DNA from: Octopus vulgaris
Taxonomy: Eukaryota
DNA: 64,000 nucleotides
NCBI GenBank assembly: GCA_951406725.2
Contig: OX597816.1
Location: 41,974,001-42,038,000 of the forward strand
Reading direction: 5' to 3'
In this document: positions 26,570 through 40,631 of the stretch, piece by piece
How the letters are laid out: the number at the start of each line of letters is the position of its first letter
Numbering within the stretch: the stretch's first letter is position 1
Program-made: the position numbers and the translations under genes
The notes under the pieces: model-generated
The model's database searches: none
What the model was told of the DNA's origin: nothing
What the model saw: the letters and a program-made list of their open reading frames with translations, nothing else

Positions 26570-28250
26570 TACTGGTGTGGAAAATGTTGGTGTTACTTTC
26601 GTCCCCATCGCAGTGCCTTGTATTTGTAGATAATATTGATTATGAAAAAAAATATACTTGTGTTCCAGTACTCTCTGTAAACCTTCAATTATAGATTCTT
26701 CTCAGAATCTCTCCTGAATTCTTTGTGGTTGTCTGTTTATCCAGAATTCTACTGCTTTTAGTCCATAGATGGGGAATATTTGTGTAGAGACTAGTTACGT
26801 CACAGCTAACTAGTATGATCTCTTTATCTACCCGTTGTGCGATATGTCATCTCGAAGGAGAATGGGACTAATCTGCATAAAGGTTTTAAAATCATATCCA
26901 ACAACTTCCTTAATATTTGGGTGCTGGATGCTGATCCTGCAACAGTTGTTTGCAATTTGACATCAGTTGGTTTGTAAATCTTTATATTTGGAATAGAGAG
27001 GTATTTTTAGCTTTTGTTAATCTGTCTGGAATTATGGATTTTAGGTAGTTCATAAAAAGTACTTGTTTTCACTTCAAAATTAGTAAAGTTATATAACCCC
27101 TTGAATTTGTTGGTAAATATGCCACTTTTTCTTATAGTTCGCTTAGCAGCATTGATATCTAGTTTTCTTTAGAATTGCTGGTCATTGACTCGTTCTAGGA
27201 CCATTTCCCTGCAATGGGTCTTGTCTATTATTACAATGGCTCCTTCTTAATCAAATTCTTTAATGACTATAGATGAGTCTTCTTGTAGCCATTGTAATGC
27301 TTTTTGTTCCTCATCTGTAATGTTCGGTTTTACAGGGTTTACTGGAATGTTTGAGTTAGCAGACCTCTTCAGCTATATTATATATTCCTCCAGATGTTTG
27401 TGTCTGTTTATCAGAAGTTGAAAACCTGTTTTGTCCTGCACAAGCGACAGATAATCGTTGTGATTGTTTTGAAAGAACTCTCGTAAGGCGACGTTTTCTT
27501 CAAAATTTCTCGGTATCTTTTATAAGGTTTGTTGTTCTGGATTTAAGAGTTGGTAAAAATTTTAGACCATATTATAGAAATTTTATTTCACCTTTCATTA
27601 GATTCTCTCGGGAGAGGTAGGTTATTTTGGTGTCCAATAGTTAGTCAAATAGTTTCTTGACTCTTTGTATCATTAATGTTTTCTTTCGTTTTTCTTTGGA
27701 TATCTTGTTCCCTAAACAATGAAGTGAGTCATTGGCATCTTGGCATTTAGTCATTCCGTTATGTTGGAACGGATTTACTCCATTGTTGTACCATCTATCT
27801 TGGTATTTTCGACTGCTTTTAGGATTGTTGTGTTTTAAAAATAGAATCATTGGTTCCTTCACTCTCAGTCATTCCATTATGTTCAGAGGTATCTTCCTGA
27901 TTGTTATACTATCTACCTCGGTATTTCCGTCTGTTTTTTAGAATTGTTATGTGTTAGGAGGTTTGAGTTCGTTTGTATTCTTCGTATTGGTGTCGTTTTT
28001 CCGTTTGTTTTTCCGATGTTGATGTTAGCAATTTTTTGATTGTCGAGGATTCATTCTAAAAATGAAAAGGTAGGAATTGTCACCCTTTGATTATTCTTGA
28101 TATAATTGATTATATTCAATCTTTTGGAGGACACATTATCAGAAAGACCTTTACTATTCGTTGATAAATTGTCAGAGTATGTAAATATTCTCCATATGAT
28201 GCCCCTTAATCCTCTTGGGATTTTCTGATGCTATATACACTACCGTATCG
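26570..28250 (-). mobile_element. Penelope-like element RT N-terminal and core remnant
   Basis: Minus strand VAGSASSTQILRKLLDMILKP and ILVSCDVTSLYTNIP (PLE DVxSLYTNIP motif). Many stops; boundaries approximate. Confidence 0.8.
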
Positions 28251-29085
28251 AGTTGATTAGTTATTTTCAGAAGTTGTTTTAAATTTAAATTTAAATGTAC
28301 AAAGCAAATTCCATGCTTGCATTTTACTATATTTAAAACTCCAGTCTCATACCAGAGTAGCCACAGGATGAAATGTTTTAAGACATATTATTGGTGTAAA
28401 TTGGTGTAAATTTAGAGTCACCGTAATTTTATTTATTGAACAATTGTGTCGTCATATTGACCCTGTTCCTCTACAATTTGTATAACATCCATATAACATT
28501 TTGCTATAATACTAAGAACCAAAATAATGAGTCGGTCCCAAATGATACCTAGATCGATAGGTTCATATTAATGAATGTAGTGGGACAAATTTATTCCTGC
28601 TGAAATAATATAAACACTGTTTACTAAAAGATAGCAGTATGCATCAGTAATTGGTGTTGAGATTTCATGAATGTTTTCACAAATCAAAAAGAAATGAAAT
28701 ATATTCAAAATAATATATTGAAATATATTTGATATGAAATAATTTTCAGATCGTACTCCAGAAATATTGCCAATTACCCTCTTGGGAAACGCATTTAATG
28801 TCTAGCCTACACATTAAGCGGAATGTTTAGCGGAGTATGTTGCTTTAAATTAGTAAAGTTGAATAAGAGTGTAGGAAGATTTATCACGTTATAAAATGCA
28901 TCGGCAAAAGTTATATGAGTAACTAGCTGAAATTACGTACATGCTTATACACACACACAAATATACACACGTACATACACACACATAAGAACCTGAGGAT
29001 TGTATGAAGGCACCAGACCTGTTATAGAATGCAACGTCTGTTTTTATTTATTTGTGTATACATATATATATGCATATACATATAC

Positions 29086-29136
<51 letters not shown>

Positions 29137-29137
29137 C

Positions 29138-29178
<41 letters not shown>

Positions 29179-29469
29179 CAGCAAAACAATTTAGATTCAA
29201 AAGATATTGTTAATAATTAATTTAATAACTTTGTATTGTTGGAAAACATATATAATCTACTTGGAATCTTACTTCAAGTTCCTGGAACTCACTTCTATAA
29301 CTTTATAAGGACATTTACACCCTCTAAGATGTTTGGAAAACCTATATGAAATTTAGCTGAAGAGTACTTGACATTATATTTGCTGTAATATTTGCAGCTT
29401 CAATAAAATGTTTATAGTATGAAACAATTGTACTAAACTACTGATCCATTCTTGTTGCTTATTTTTGTG

Positions 29470-29548
<79 letters not shown>

Positions 29549-30663
29549 CATGTGTGTATGTGTACATAAACACGTTCTTGTACATAAAATTAGCATAAAT
29601 AGACACGAACACAAAGGCATTTACATATATGCAACAGTCAGCAACTACCAAACACGGCTTACATAGAGACAAAAAGATAAAAAGTAGATATTAAATGCAT
29701 CGATGCAGATTGGTACGCAGATGTATTTGAAAGTTTCCCTAATATCATGTGGCACAACGAGCATGTAATTTTTCTATTAAAAAAGTGTGAATAAAAAGTC
29801 ACAGAAAACTCTTATCTTTTCGTAGCCCAATGTTGCTTCGGACGACCAGTAACTGATCGACACTCATATTCTGTCATATTATCCTTCTTCTTGATGTCTG
29901 TCAAAGCGGGAATTACTACAAAATGTTACTTATTAGTGCATTTCTGTACAAATATGAATACTGATACATTTAAGTGCATACCCAGATTATATTCACATGC
30001 AGTAAAACATACAACTTCATTATTGCACTTATCCATTGCATATACGAATGGGTGTGGAAATATGTAAGTATTCACATCCATATATGTATTATACATGTGA
30101 TACATAAGCAAGACGCTTAGAAAATTATGCAAATAATAGTTGAGAAATATAATAATGCTCAAATATCTATGGCTGATAAATCGGGTCAGGTAGTGCATAC
30201 GATATTGAGCGGAAATTCTTCTATTTTTCCAAAATACCTATAATTCAAATATATCATATTCAATCGTTGGGGTTGGTGCGTTTCAATTTTGGGTTTCAAT
30301 TAATTAAAACCATGTTTGAAAATAACTTATCACTACCTATCAACTGCTTCGATAATATATATGCATGCATACATACACAAATATGTATGTATGCATGTAT
30401 GTATATATGTATGTATAAATGTATGTATGAATGTTTGTATCTATTTCTCTATCTATATATCTGTGAGGAGTGTGAAGTTGAAGAGGGAAGGTAAAGTACG
30501 GTGGCGTGGGCGGGAGCAAGAGAACGAGCCGGGTTGGAAGGTTGGGTTAGGGAAGAAGCTGTGGAACAAGAAGTCTTATAGTCCGTGGCCTCGTTCGAAT
30601 GTGTGTGTGTGTGTGTGTGTAGATACATACATACATACATACATACATACATACATACATACA

Positions 30664-30696
<33 letters not shown>

Positions 30697-31000
30697 TCAA
30701 TATGTTATATTAATTATCATACTTACTGTTACTCATTAAAGCGCGTAAGATGGATTGAATGAAATTTTCGTGGGTTGTTTAATATGATCTTTAAATAACA
30801 CGATGTATCGCCCCACGGTGGTGGCGTTCCTATCTCTGTAAACAGGAGGCGTGAATACATAGACAGCTAATAATTATGATCTTTAAAAAGTATTAGTTAG
30901 TCACACGAAAATGTTGAGCAATGTTTGACAGACATGCTCCTGACGCTCTTCTCTGTAAAGAATGTAGACACATAACAGAATATACAGAGAATATATCGAC

Positions 31001-31147
31001 AGGCGCAGGAGTGGGTGTGTTATAAGTAGCTTGCTTACCAACCACATGGTTCTGGGTTCAGTTCCACTGCGTGGCACTTTGGGTAAGTGTCTTTTACTGA
31101 AGCCTCGGGCTGACCAAAGCCTGGTGAGTGGATTTTGGTAGATGGAA

Positions 31148-31200
<53 letters not shown>

Positions 31201-31414
31201 TGTGTGTGTTTGTGTGTCTGTGTTTGTTTCCCCAACATCGCTTGACAACCGATGCTGGTGTGTTTACATTCCCGTAACTTGCCGGTTCGGTAAAAGAGAC
31301 CGATAGAATAAGTACTAGATTTACAAAAAAAAAGTCTTGAGGTCGATTTTCTCGACTAAAGGCGGTGCTCCAGCATGGCCGCAGTCAAATGACTGAAACA
31401 AGTAAAAGAGTAAA
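31001..31414 (+). mobile_element. SINE family A, full length with internal (TA)/(TG) microsatellite
   Basis: Head GGCGCAGGAGTGG...GGGTTCAGTTCC and tail GAAACAAGTAAAAGAG. Confidence 0.9.
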
Positions 31415-31559
31415 ATAATTTTGTATTCGCCTGAAATAAACCCAAATCAACGAATTCTATACTCGTCCTAGTCTAACGCAATATTACATTATATCTTTGC
31501 TCATACATAGTATATATATTCCATTATTTTTCAAGTCATATCTACAAGAAGCAATTCAA

Positions 31560-32200
31560 TAACACATAAATCAAGAAATATAGAGAAATGTTAAACTGCT
31601 CTGCTGACTGTTGAGTTGTTCGAATGATCACTCCTATTTCCAATATTATGAAAACTTTGAAAATGGAAGATAGAAAACAAAACAGGAAAAACATTCAAAG
31701 CAATTGTGATTGCATTCGTAAAGGCAGTTTGTCTATTGCAAATTGCGTGTACACTTATTGAACGGCGAATTTCGATCTATGACATAACTTCTTCACCTAA
31801 AATTGCCTGCAGAGAAGTAACTAAGATCCAACTATTCAAAATCTTATGCATTCGAAAGCAATCGATATAGGGTTATGCACAGTCGTACATTTAACAGAGA
31901 ATAACAATATATCGTCCTAATTCAACCCTTCACATGAACCTGTTTACATGCAAGTAGCTCAAGAAAATAAACGGTTATATCATATGACACTGACAGTTTT
32001 ACTGCTGGCAAAAGAATATTTTGATATGGCGTTACAATACAGGTGGATAATATTTAAAAATCAGGTCTGTGGAGAGAAAATTATAATTTCTTGTCAGTTT
32101 ATCTTGTTAACATAGTGTGATACACAGGTTTCTTTGGAAATTTTACTTCATTTACGATGAGAAAATGCCTGCACATATACTGCATGTCGCTGAATGTAAA
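31560..32200 (+). mobile_element. Possible ancient LINE RT remnant
   Basis: ATTCGAAAGCAATCGATATAGGGTTATGCAC is compatible with a decayed DxxKAFDRVxH motif. Little else is recognisable. Confidence 0.25.
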
Positions 32201-32349
32201 ATAGATTTGCGAATATATGCTTGCACTAGAAAAAATAATATTGAAGTGATTAAACGTCACTAGAATAAACCTATTCATATATTTTTCCCTTCATGCACTA
32301 CCCAAGTAGCTATGTCTCCCTCCCTCTCTGTTTCGTTGTATATGTTATT

Positions 32350-32560
32350 CGTCAGATGTCAGAATCGTTAGCTTGCCGGCAAAATGTTCAGTGGCGTTTC
32401 AACCACCTTTACTTCCTGAGTTCAAATTTCACCGGCATCAACTTTCCCTTTCATCTTTTTGAGGTTGATACACTGAATGCCAGTCGAGAAGCGGGGTGAA
32501 TGTAAACGACCTACTACTCAACCGAAATTGCTAGCCCTGTGCCAAAATTTGGAAATCAGT
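32350..32560 (+). mobile_element. Degenerate SINE family B
   Basis: TCAGAATCGTTAGC...GAGTTCAAATTTC...CTTTCATC. Confidence 0.7.
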
Positions 32561-32601
32561 ATTGAAATACGCTGTAACATAGCTTTTATTAAGTGGTTCA
32601 A

Positions 32602-32632
<31 letters not shown>

Positions 32633-32668
32633 ACAAAGTTGAGTTGTGGGGTATCGCACGAGTGGAAT

Positions 32669-32885
32669 TATATACGAAAGAAGGTTTGAAAATGCAATTT
32701 AAAAGATGTTTATTTTACTTAACCGGTTTCACTCTTTGGAAAAAGATTGGCAAAAGTAACATAGAATATTATGAATTCCAAAAAATTTACATAATTGCCA
32801 CATTACATGTATATATACAGTCTTTGGTAACAGGGACATGTTAAGGACATAAAGTAAATAAATTGCATTTTCAAACCTTCTTTCG

Positions 32886-32891
<6 letters not shown>
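32669..32891. mobile_element. Fold-back PLE-type terminal fragment
   Basis: 33-bp inverted repeat TATATACGAAAGAAGGTTTGAAAATGCAATTTA enclosing a decayed hammerhead-like motif; (TA)n flanks. Confidence 0.6.
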
Positions 32892-32937
<46 letters not shown>

Positions 32938-32961
32938 CATGTATGCATGTATGTATGTATG

Positions 32962-33007
<46 letters not shown>

Positions 33008-33025
33008 TGTATGTATGTATGTATG

Positions 33026-33067
<42 letters not shown>

Positions 33068-33244
33068 TATACTTTACCACACATCGAACTTTTAGAAATA
33101 GCAGCCAAAGAGTTTAGCTGTAAAGTAAAGTTTTGCTGAACCCTAATTATATAAAGTAATGTTTTAAATATACTGTAAATGGTATCTTTACATACTGAAC
33201 ACTGGTTGGTAAAATTATTAATTACTAATTAATTAATTTTATCC

Positions 33245-33313
<69 letters not shown>

Positions 33314-34399
33314 TAATTGTTCCACGTCCTCGCGTTGCTGTTTCTCTTTTTTTCTGTGTTTTCTTGTTTGGATTAACTATATATATATATATATATACCC
33401 AGGAAGCCCATGTGCATCACGTCAGGCTGGAGATGGGAATGATGACTTACCTTTGCAATTACTGATAAGGCACAGATAGTGTGTCAGTAGGCAGCTGGAG
33501 ATGTCTTTCTGGAGCTACAAGCTACAGTAGCATCGACTTTTAAGGGCTAGTCACATTCACGTGTCGTCCTTGCTAATGTAGTGGCCACTGAGGGAGCTGC
33601 TGTAGTTGCTGCTGCTATTAGGTTCAACCAGTACCTCACCTTCATTGAAATTTCCTGTACATGTGTACACGTTGAATGCTGAAGATAGAAATTATATATT
33701 AAAATAAGTCACGTGTCCATGAACTTAAGTACTCAATATTTTTTGCAATAGAAATGCACTTAAGCAGTGTTTTTAAGGATTGCAAGATGATTCATTTACA
33801 AAGAACATGTATACGTTTTGGAACAGATTTTCAGTACCAATCGGAGGAAATGCTTATTAAAACAATTGAACATATGGATGCAGCTGGAAATTGAAATGTT
33901 ATATTCTACGACATAGAAGTAACAGAAAGCATAAATATCAAAGAAGGTGGTATTAAATATATTTTATTACTTGAAAATATAATAAAGCATGAAACGGAAA
34001 TCCGACATAAATGCAATCAGAGTTAAAGCTGTAGCCATGCTTATAAATTTATCTGCTAACTAACTTTATTGAGAGAACACAGTAACAGTGATGATATATT
34101 GTGAGGAATCTAATATTGGGTAGCATTAAGATAAATGAAGTGATGAAAATGTTAAACGAATATATAGAGTGTTGAGATCAAATTTATTCAATCTTACCCT
34201 CAAAGGCAACGAAAATGCAGCATGTGTAGATTACATTCCGCTCTATGTCAAATATAATTTCTAATATAGTCATTCAAATCAGTGAAGCAATACAGAGAAT
34301 CTCTATGTTAACTACGATTACAATAAGGATAATGAATGTAAGATATAGCTTGAGATGGACAGTAAGAATATTGACGTCGGATATATAAGAATAGCATTG

Positions 34400-34890
34400 A
34401 AACGATGGATGAGGTTGGTTTGTATGACGATGCTAATGTAGATCATAATGATGATAATGACGACAAAACGATGACGACGACGACAATGGCAACGCTGGCT
34501 ACGACGACAATGATGATAAACATACTCATATCGATGATCATAGACGCGAGGATAATAGTGATGATTATGAACACGATAATTATGAGAAAGATGAAATGTA
34601 TAGCATGTTGATGAAGTAAGAATTATGACGATCATTCATGTCCGTAGAAATAATGATAACCTTTGAAAAGAGAGGGATTCGTCATATCCAAAATTACTGG
34701 TCAATCAACATAACAATCATCTTAGTCATATATATACTAAACCATCATCATCATCATCATCATCCTCATCATCATGTTCTTCATCATTATGATTATCATG
34801 GTCATCATCAGCATTATGATCCCCCTTCTGTTCCTGATCACCATCATCGTCGTCGCCATTATCATCATCACCATCCTCAGCATTATTAAT
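34400..34890. repeat. Degenerate (GAT/GAC)n then (CAT)n low-complexity tracts
   Basis: Direct sequence. Confidence 0.85.
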
Positions 34891-35484
34891 GACTAGCATC
34901 AGCATCCGATTTCTCTTCGTCAGCCGTTTTTCCCGTATCATGAACCTTCTCGCATCCGCATTCTTCTCATCAAGTCAACAATTTCATCAATACCCTCATA
35001 AGAATCACTAAATAAATTTAAAATCACATTTACTAACTTCTCTAACAATGCCCTGGTTTGGAGTCGCTCTAATAGTTCTTAACAAATATATTACGAAAGA
35101 AGAAAACAACGGCCATTATGAGTCTGTCCGGTAAACAAGAATTCATATCTTTCCAGTACATTCCACTTATTTTATTCGTTTTAATGCCACTTGTTTCATA
35201 ATACTGACCCTGATTGTTTGTTATCATGTATTTTTACATTAATTATATCTTATACATCATGCTTGCAATACAAGTTCAGCTTTCATTATTTTTACTTCCC
35301 GTTTAGACAGCACTGACACAGCACAAAATATATCACAAATGTCAGTAAGAAATGCAAACCAGTTTATCATAAATACGGCTAAGCAAATACTTTAAATGAA
35401 TATTAGAAAGAGATTGGGTAGATGTCACAAACTGATTCTGCAGAAACGATATTTTATTCTGTTAATATTCGCGGTGTGAAAGTC

Positions 35485-35697
35485 GGCATGATGGAAGAAT
35501 CGTTACTGCACCGGACAAAATGATCGGTGGTATATCTTCTGACTCATAGTTCTGACTTCGAATTTCATCGAGGTTGCTTTTACATCCCACACTTTCTGAG
35601 TAAAAAAATATGTACCAATTTAGAACGACAGTCGACGTAATCGACATATCCCCTCTCTCGAATTGGTTGGCCTTCTGCCAAAATTTGGAGCCAATAT
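35485..35697 (+). mobile_element. Degenerate SINE family B
   Basis: GGAAGAATCGTTAC...TTCGAATTTC...GTCGACGTAATCGAC. Confidence 0.6.
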
Positions 35698-36596
35698 CTA
35701 AGGAGTCATAGTAGAAGTGTGTTATAAATTGATGCACACATTATATTGAATTCAACTATTTTTATTCTACATTTGCATGCGCCACAGGCGCGCACGCACA
35801 CACATACATGTGTGTGTATGTATACATCGATAACATTGTGTGGAATAATGATGTCGTTGTTGGATGGAATATTTCCTTTGCTAGTCAGAGTTTCGCCTGT
35901 AGATACGCTGAATTTTGAGTCAAGTTGTGAACGTCATAATTGGACTGAAACTCTGAGTATACGCAGATGGAATGAGCAAAATAAAATATTGTTGTATAAA
36001 TGAATAAATAAATGTATATATATATATATTTATATATATGCATATATCTACATGTGTGTGCATGTATTCATATATATATATATAAAAGTATATGCATACA
36101 TATATATATGTACACACACACATAATCCGTAGAGCAAAACAAACCACATTTCATTTCAAAAATATACATACGAAGAGTTGAGTCAAAGAAATATAAATGG
36201 GGTAATAAATATATGCAGCAGGAAAAAAGAGAAAGTTTGTCTTTTAGTAGATTTCGGATAAAGTAGATCACGATTATCCATCAAGAATCAAGGTGCTAAA
36301 TGATAGGAGTTGACAAGCGGAAATTCAATGACGAATCGGTATATTATTGTCACACTGAAGTTTTGGTTAAGTCGATTATAATCCTCTTTCTCTCTCTCCC
36401 TCTGTATGTATGTGTGCATGTATGTGTGTGTGTATGTATGTATGTATGTATATATATATGCATATGTATATGCATATATATACATTTATATATACATACA
36501 TATATATATATGTGTGTGTGTATGTGTGTATGTTTATATATCCATGTATATGCATTTGAATTTGTAGGTATATAACACATACAAAAACAAACACAT

Positions 36597-36655
<59 letters not shown>

Positions 36656-37844
36656 TATAATACAGAAGATATATATTTATGCTTGTAAGTATATAAGTAT
36701 ACATATATATGTGTGTTATATGTGTGTGTGTTTTTGTGTGTGCCTGCGTGTCTGTGTGTGTGTATGAGTGTGCTTATATGTGCATTTGTGCTTGTGTATA
36801 TATGGCATATATGCATGCGTTTGTGTATGCTTCCATAGCAAATGTATTGGTGATTTCATTGTTTGTCACTACAACATTCAGAAATGTTTGCTAAGCGTAT
36901 GAGTAAAGAAATATATTATCTAAACTGATCTGAGTCCCTAGCAAACCAATGACTCTGAATCGTAAGTAACGAAGTTGACAATGTCGTAGAATAAGATGCT
37001 ACATATAGTTACGAATTTAACATAAACGACTTCAGATTCTTATATAAAATGAATTTATACGCTGCGTATGAACACCCATCCCAGGCATGGACACAATTAA
37101 CTTTAAGTTGTTGTTCAGGTCTTATAAAATTTTTAAAAAGTTGACATAGAAAAGTGAACTCTACAAACGCACACAAATAATATTTCAAAAGTAAGAGAAG
37201 AAAATTATCTCAATGCCAGGATGAACCAGAATGAGACGTCTTACACATATTCACGAAACAGCTATCGATACATATTTAAGGACGTAAAGCGCCAATATCT
37301 ATTCCGCCAATATGCACGACTCAGTAGAGAAATATCTACTCACTATAGATATAAACTAAATTAGTTTTACATGTAATACCATTAGTAAACAACACTACCC
37401 ATACGCACTCACACACACAAACATGCATATGAAACATATCCATATCATAAATAAATAACATGCAACCCCACAGGCATTTACATGACAATCTAAACTATGA
37501 AAGGCCAGACAATCTAAACTATGAAAGACCAGACGAAATAGTACCGAGTGAATGAACGTGAATCTCATATGAATGAAGACAAGAACTATGCACACACAAA
37601 CACACCATAGACATACACACACAAGGAATATTACACGTACATATACCAAAAGAAACTCTCACAAAATATACAACATTAATACCGAGTTTCAATTCACCTC
37701 TTCTGAAGATTTCTGTGGTAAAGAACCTAATTAGTGTGATAGATAATCAGTTCAAAAAAGGGCTATAGATACATGTATGATATATATTTATGTACGTATG
37801 TATGTATATATGTATGCATGCATGCAAGTATGTATGTGTATACG

Positions 37845-38088
37845 GGCTAGGGTATTTCGGCTCGCGATCGTTGGGTCGCGGGTTCGATGTCACTGTGGGC
37901 CAGTTCACTCAGTTGGCAAAAATGAGTAGTAGTTGTATTTCAAGGGGTCAGTTTTGCCACACTTTCTGTCACGTTGAATCTCACTCATAATGTGTTAAGG
38001 GGTGTACATATCTGTAGAATGCTCTGCCACTTAATATTCCGTTGACCGGATCAATTGTAGCTCTAGTCATCGTAAGCGACGGAGTGCC
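37845..38088 (+). mobile_element. Old OR-like SINE copy
   Basis: GGCTAGGG...CTCGCGATCG...GGGTTCGAT head and GTCATCGTAAGCGACGGAGTGCC tail, homologous to 4327-4707. Confidence 0.7.
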
Positions 38089-38248
38089 AATGTATATATA
38101 TATATATATATCCCGGAGTAAACACATAAATGTGAAAGAAGGTGGAAAAAAGAGTACTCAAATACCAGTCGTAGAGTAATATGCTTTATTTAAAGAAGCA
38201 GAAAATTCAACAAAACCAGTTTTTGATTTTTCTGCTGCTTGAAATAAA

Positions 38249-38327
<79 letters not shown>

Positions 38328-38384
38328 AAGAGAGCTGAATACGCATTTATATATGTATTTGTTTATATTTGTGTATGTTGACAT

Positions 38385-38998
38385 TCTTTTATGCTGGACC
38401 ATCGCATTTACTCGAACAAATCTACCCCATGACTTATTGTTTGTAAGCCTAGTACTTATTCTATCATTCAATTATTGCCGAACCACTATGTTACGGGGAA
38501 CGTAAACACACCAGCCTCAATTTTCCAGGCATTCTGGGAGGACAAACACAGACACACAAACATATACATACACATACATGTATGGTAGTGAATCATGGGC
38601 TACCACAAAGAGAGAAGAGCAAAGACTGGTAACGACTCAAAGAGCCATGGAAAGGTCAACGCTTGGTATCTCGTTGAGAGAGCACATATGTAGCAAGATC
38701 ATCAGAAAGAATCCGGCGTGAGGGATGTCATCGCAGAGTATACAGGCAGCAAGTATAGATGGGCTGGACACGTCGCCCGGCTCACCGATTATCGGCGGAC
38801 GCACGCAGTTGTCGAGTGGTACCCGCGTGAGCGGAAAAGACCACCCGGAAGACCTCTACGACGGTGGAGTTACGATTTCAGGAGGACGATTGGGATCACG
38901 TGGATGAGAAAGGCGCGATCCAGAGAGGAGTGGACAGCGTGCTGTGACCAGCGGTGTCAAATGGACGCCTGACGGACTGGTCAGTCAATGTGATCAAG

Positions 38999-39047
<49 letters not shown>

Positions 39048-39185
39048 CGGGCTTCTTTTAGTTTCTCTTTATTAAATCCACTCACAAGTATTTGGTCGTC
39101 CTGAGGCTATGGTAGAAATCACTTGCCCAAGTTGCCACGCAGTGGGACTGAACCCGGAACCATGTGGTTGGTAAGCAACCTACTT
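38385..39185 (-). mobile_element. SINE family A split by an RTE insertion
   Basis: 3' half at 38385-38570 and 5' half at 39045-39185. Confidence 0.8.
38580..39002 (+). mobile_element. RTE-clade LINE 3' fragment
   Basis: YGSESWATTKREEQRLVTTQRAMER and KYRWAGHVARLTD...WYPRERKRPPGRPLRRW. Confidence 0.92.
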
Positions 39186-39699
39186 TATTTCAAAAATGTT
39201 ACCATAAAGGCATGATACAGAGTAGCGGGCTGGATAAACACATTGATGATGTGAATAATGAAAAGTGTGATATTATTGGGAGAAGAAAAAATGCGCCCGC
39301 CGATCTTTTGCTTCTCTAAGACATTAGTCTCTTTCTTTTTCACAGAAAAGGACAAAACGAGATAATGAACCTCTTCAGTTTTAACATTTTCGAAGTTTTA
39401 CCATTTAAGAAGTGGGCCGTTAAGCCTCTTCAGCACAATAACATACAATAAACATTATAACACTGAGGCTTTTCAATCTCTTGTCACTAGTCCTCCTCAA
39501 CATCGCTTGTACCCGTATACTCCGCCATCCCCCACACCTCATTCAAGTCCAAGGTAGGATCCGAAACTGGCGTCGCCTGTCCACAAGCGATACTCCTCAT
39601 TGAGTCCTTGAAGCCTATTCGTCTCGGGCAACGTTATGACCACCACAGATATCCGCAGAGGCCATTTGCCACCAGACATAATATGCGATCCAAAAATAA

Positions 39700-39885
39700 A
39701 AATGTGATAAAAATCAATACAACTAAACTATATTATACATTATTTACATTTGTCGGATATTTGTCCTCATCTTGTTTGTTGTTAACACAATGCCTCGGCT
39801 GATATAACCTCCAGCCTTCATCAGGTGTCTTGGGGAAATTTAGAATCTGGGTTCTCAATCCTAAGGTATGTTTCGATGTTATTAT
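39700..39885 (-). mobile_element. PLE pseudo-LTR fragment with hammerhead motif
   Basis: Minus strand GACAC-CTGATGA-A-GGCTG(gaggttatat)CAGCC-GAGGC-ATTGTGTT. Confidence 0.65.
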
Positions 39886-40499
39886 CACTGGGAGCACACT
39901 CAAAGACAATTGCACTGTGAGAGAATTTGGTTTCTATGGTTTCTATGGTGACATATTACAGCCTTTATAATATTTACAGAGCATTGAACAACAATCATAT
40001 TGTCGTTAAGTTGATAGTAGGGTTAAATCATCACCATACAGGTAACTTACGTTCAATATGTATTTAACTTCCGACCCTTTCCGGAGGTGTGGTAAAGAAA
40101 TGAATTTTTGTGTCTCACATATGGCCTTCCAGCAGCAACCCACTGTAGCTAGATTTTGCTCACAGTCTCAAGTAGCTTCACATAGCTTCCAATTCAAAGA
40201 TAAGGGAATGATTCTGGCGTGCGGGAGTGGTCAGTAGGCCTGCCTCTTCCATTCCTGGCTACAGTTTTGCAGTAGCCGTTATACCTGTCCATCTCTTGCA
40301 CCAATATCATTGTTGCTTCTTGCTTCATTTTGTGTCCTATTTAGCCTGTCATAGATGTCAGTTAATTGTTCTCAACTGAAACTTTAATCTTCATGCCCCC
40401 CGATCCTGTTGCCTGTTCAGCAATACAGAAAGCTGATTCTGAAATAAGGAAGAATAATTGTCACATTTATCCCGAACAGCCCGTATACAATGTGTTTGA

Positions 40500-40570
<71 letters not shown>

Positions 40571-40584
40571 TATGTGTGTATGTG

Positions 40585-40615
<31 letters not shown>

Positions 40616-40631
40616 GTGTGTGTGTGTACAT

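Noticed and set aside
34638-34941. His-rich and Asp-rich proteins
   Set aside because: Degenerate CAT/GAT repeats with no splice or domain support.
37483-37533. 24-bp tandem duplication (similar short ones near 12068, 28390 and 44381)
   Set aside because: Ordinary slippage duplications.
39200-39700. Possible LINE 3' fragment
   Set aside because: GC-richer than the flanks but no motif I can assign.
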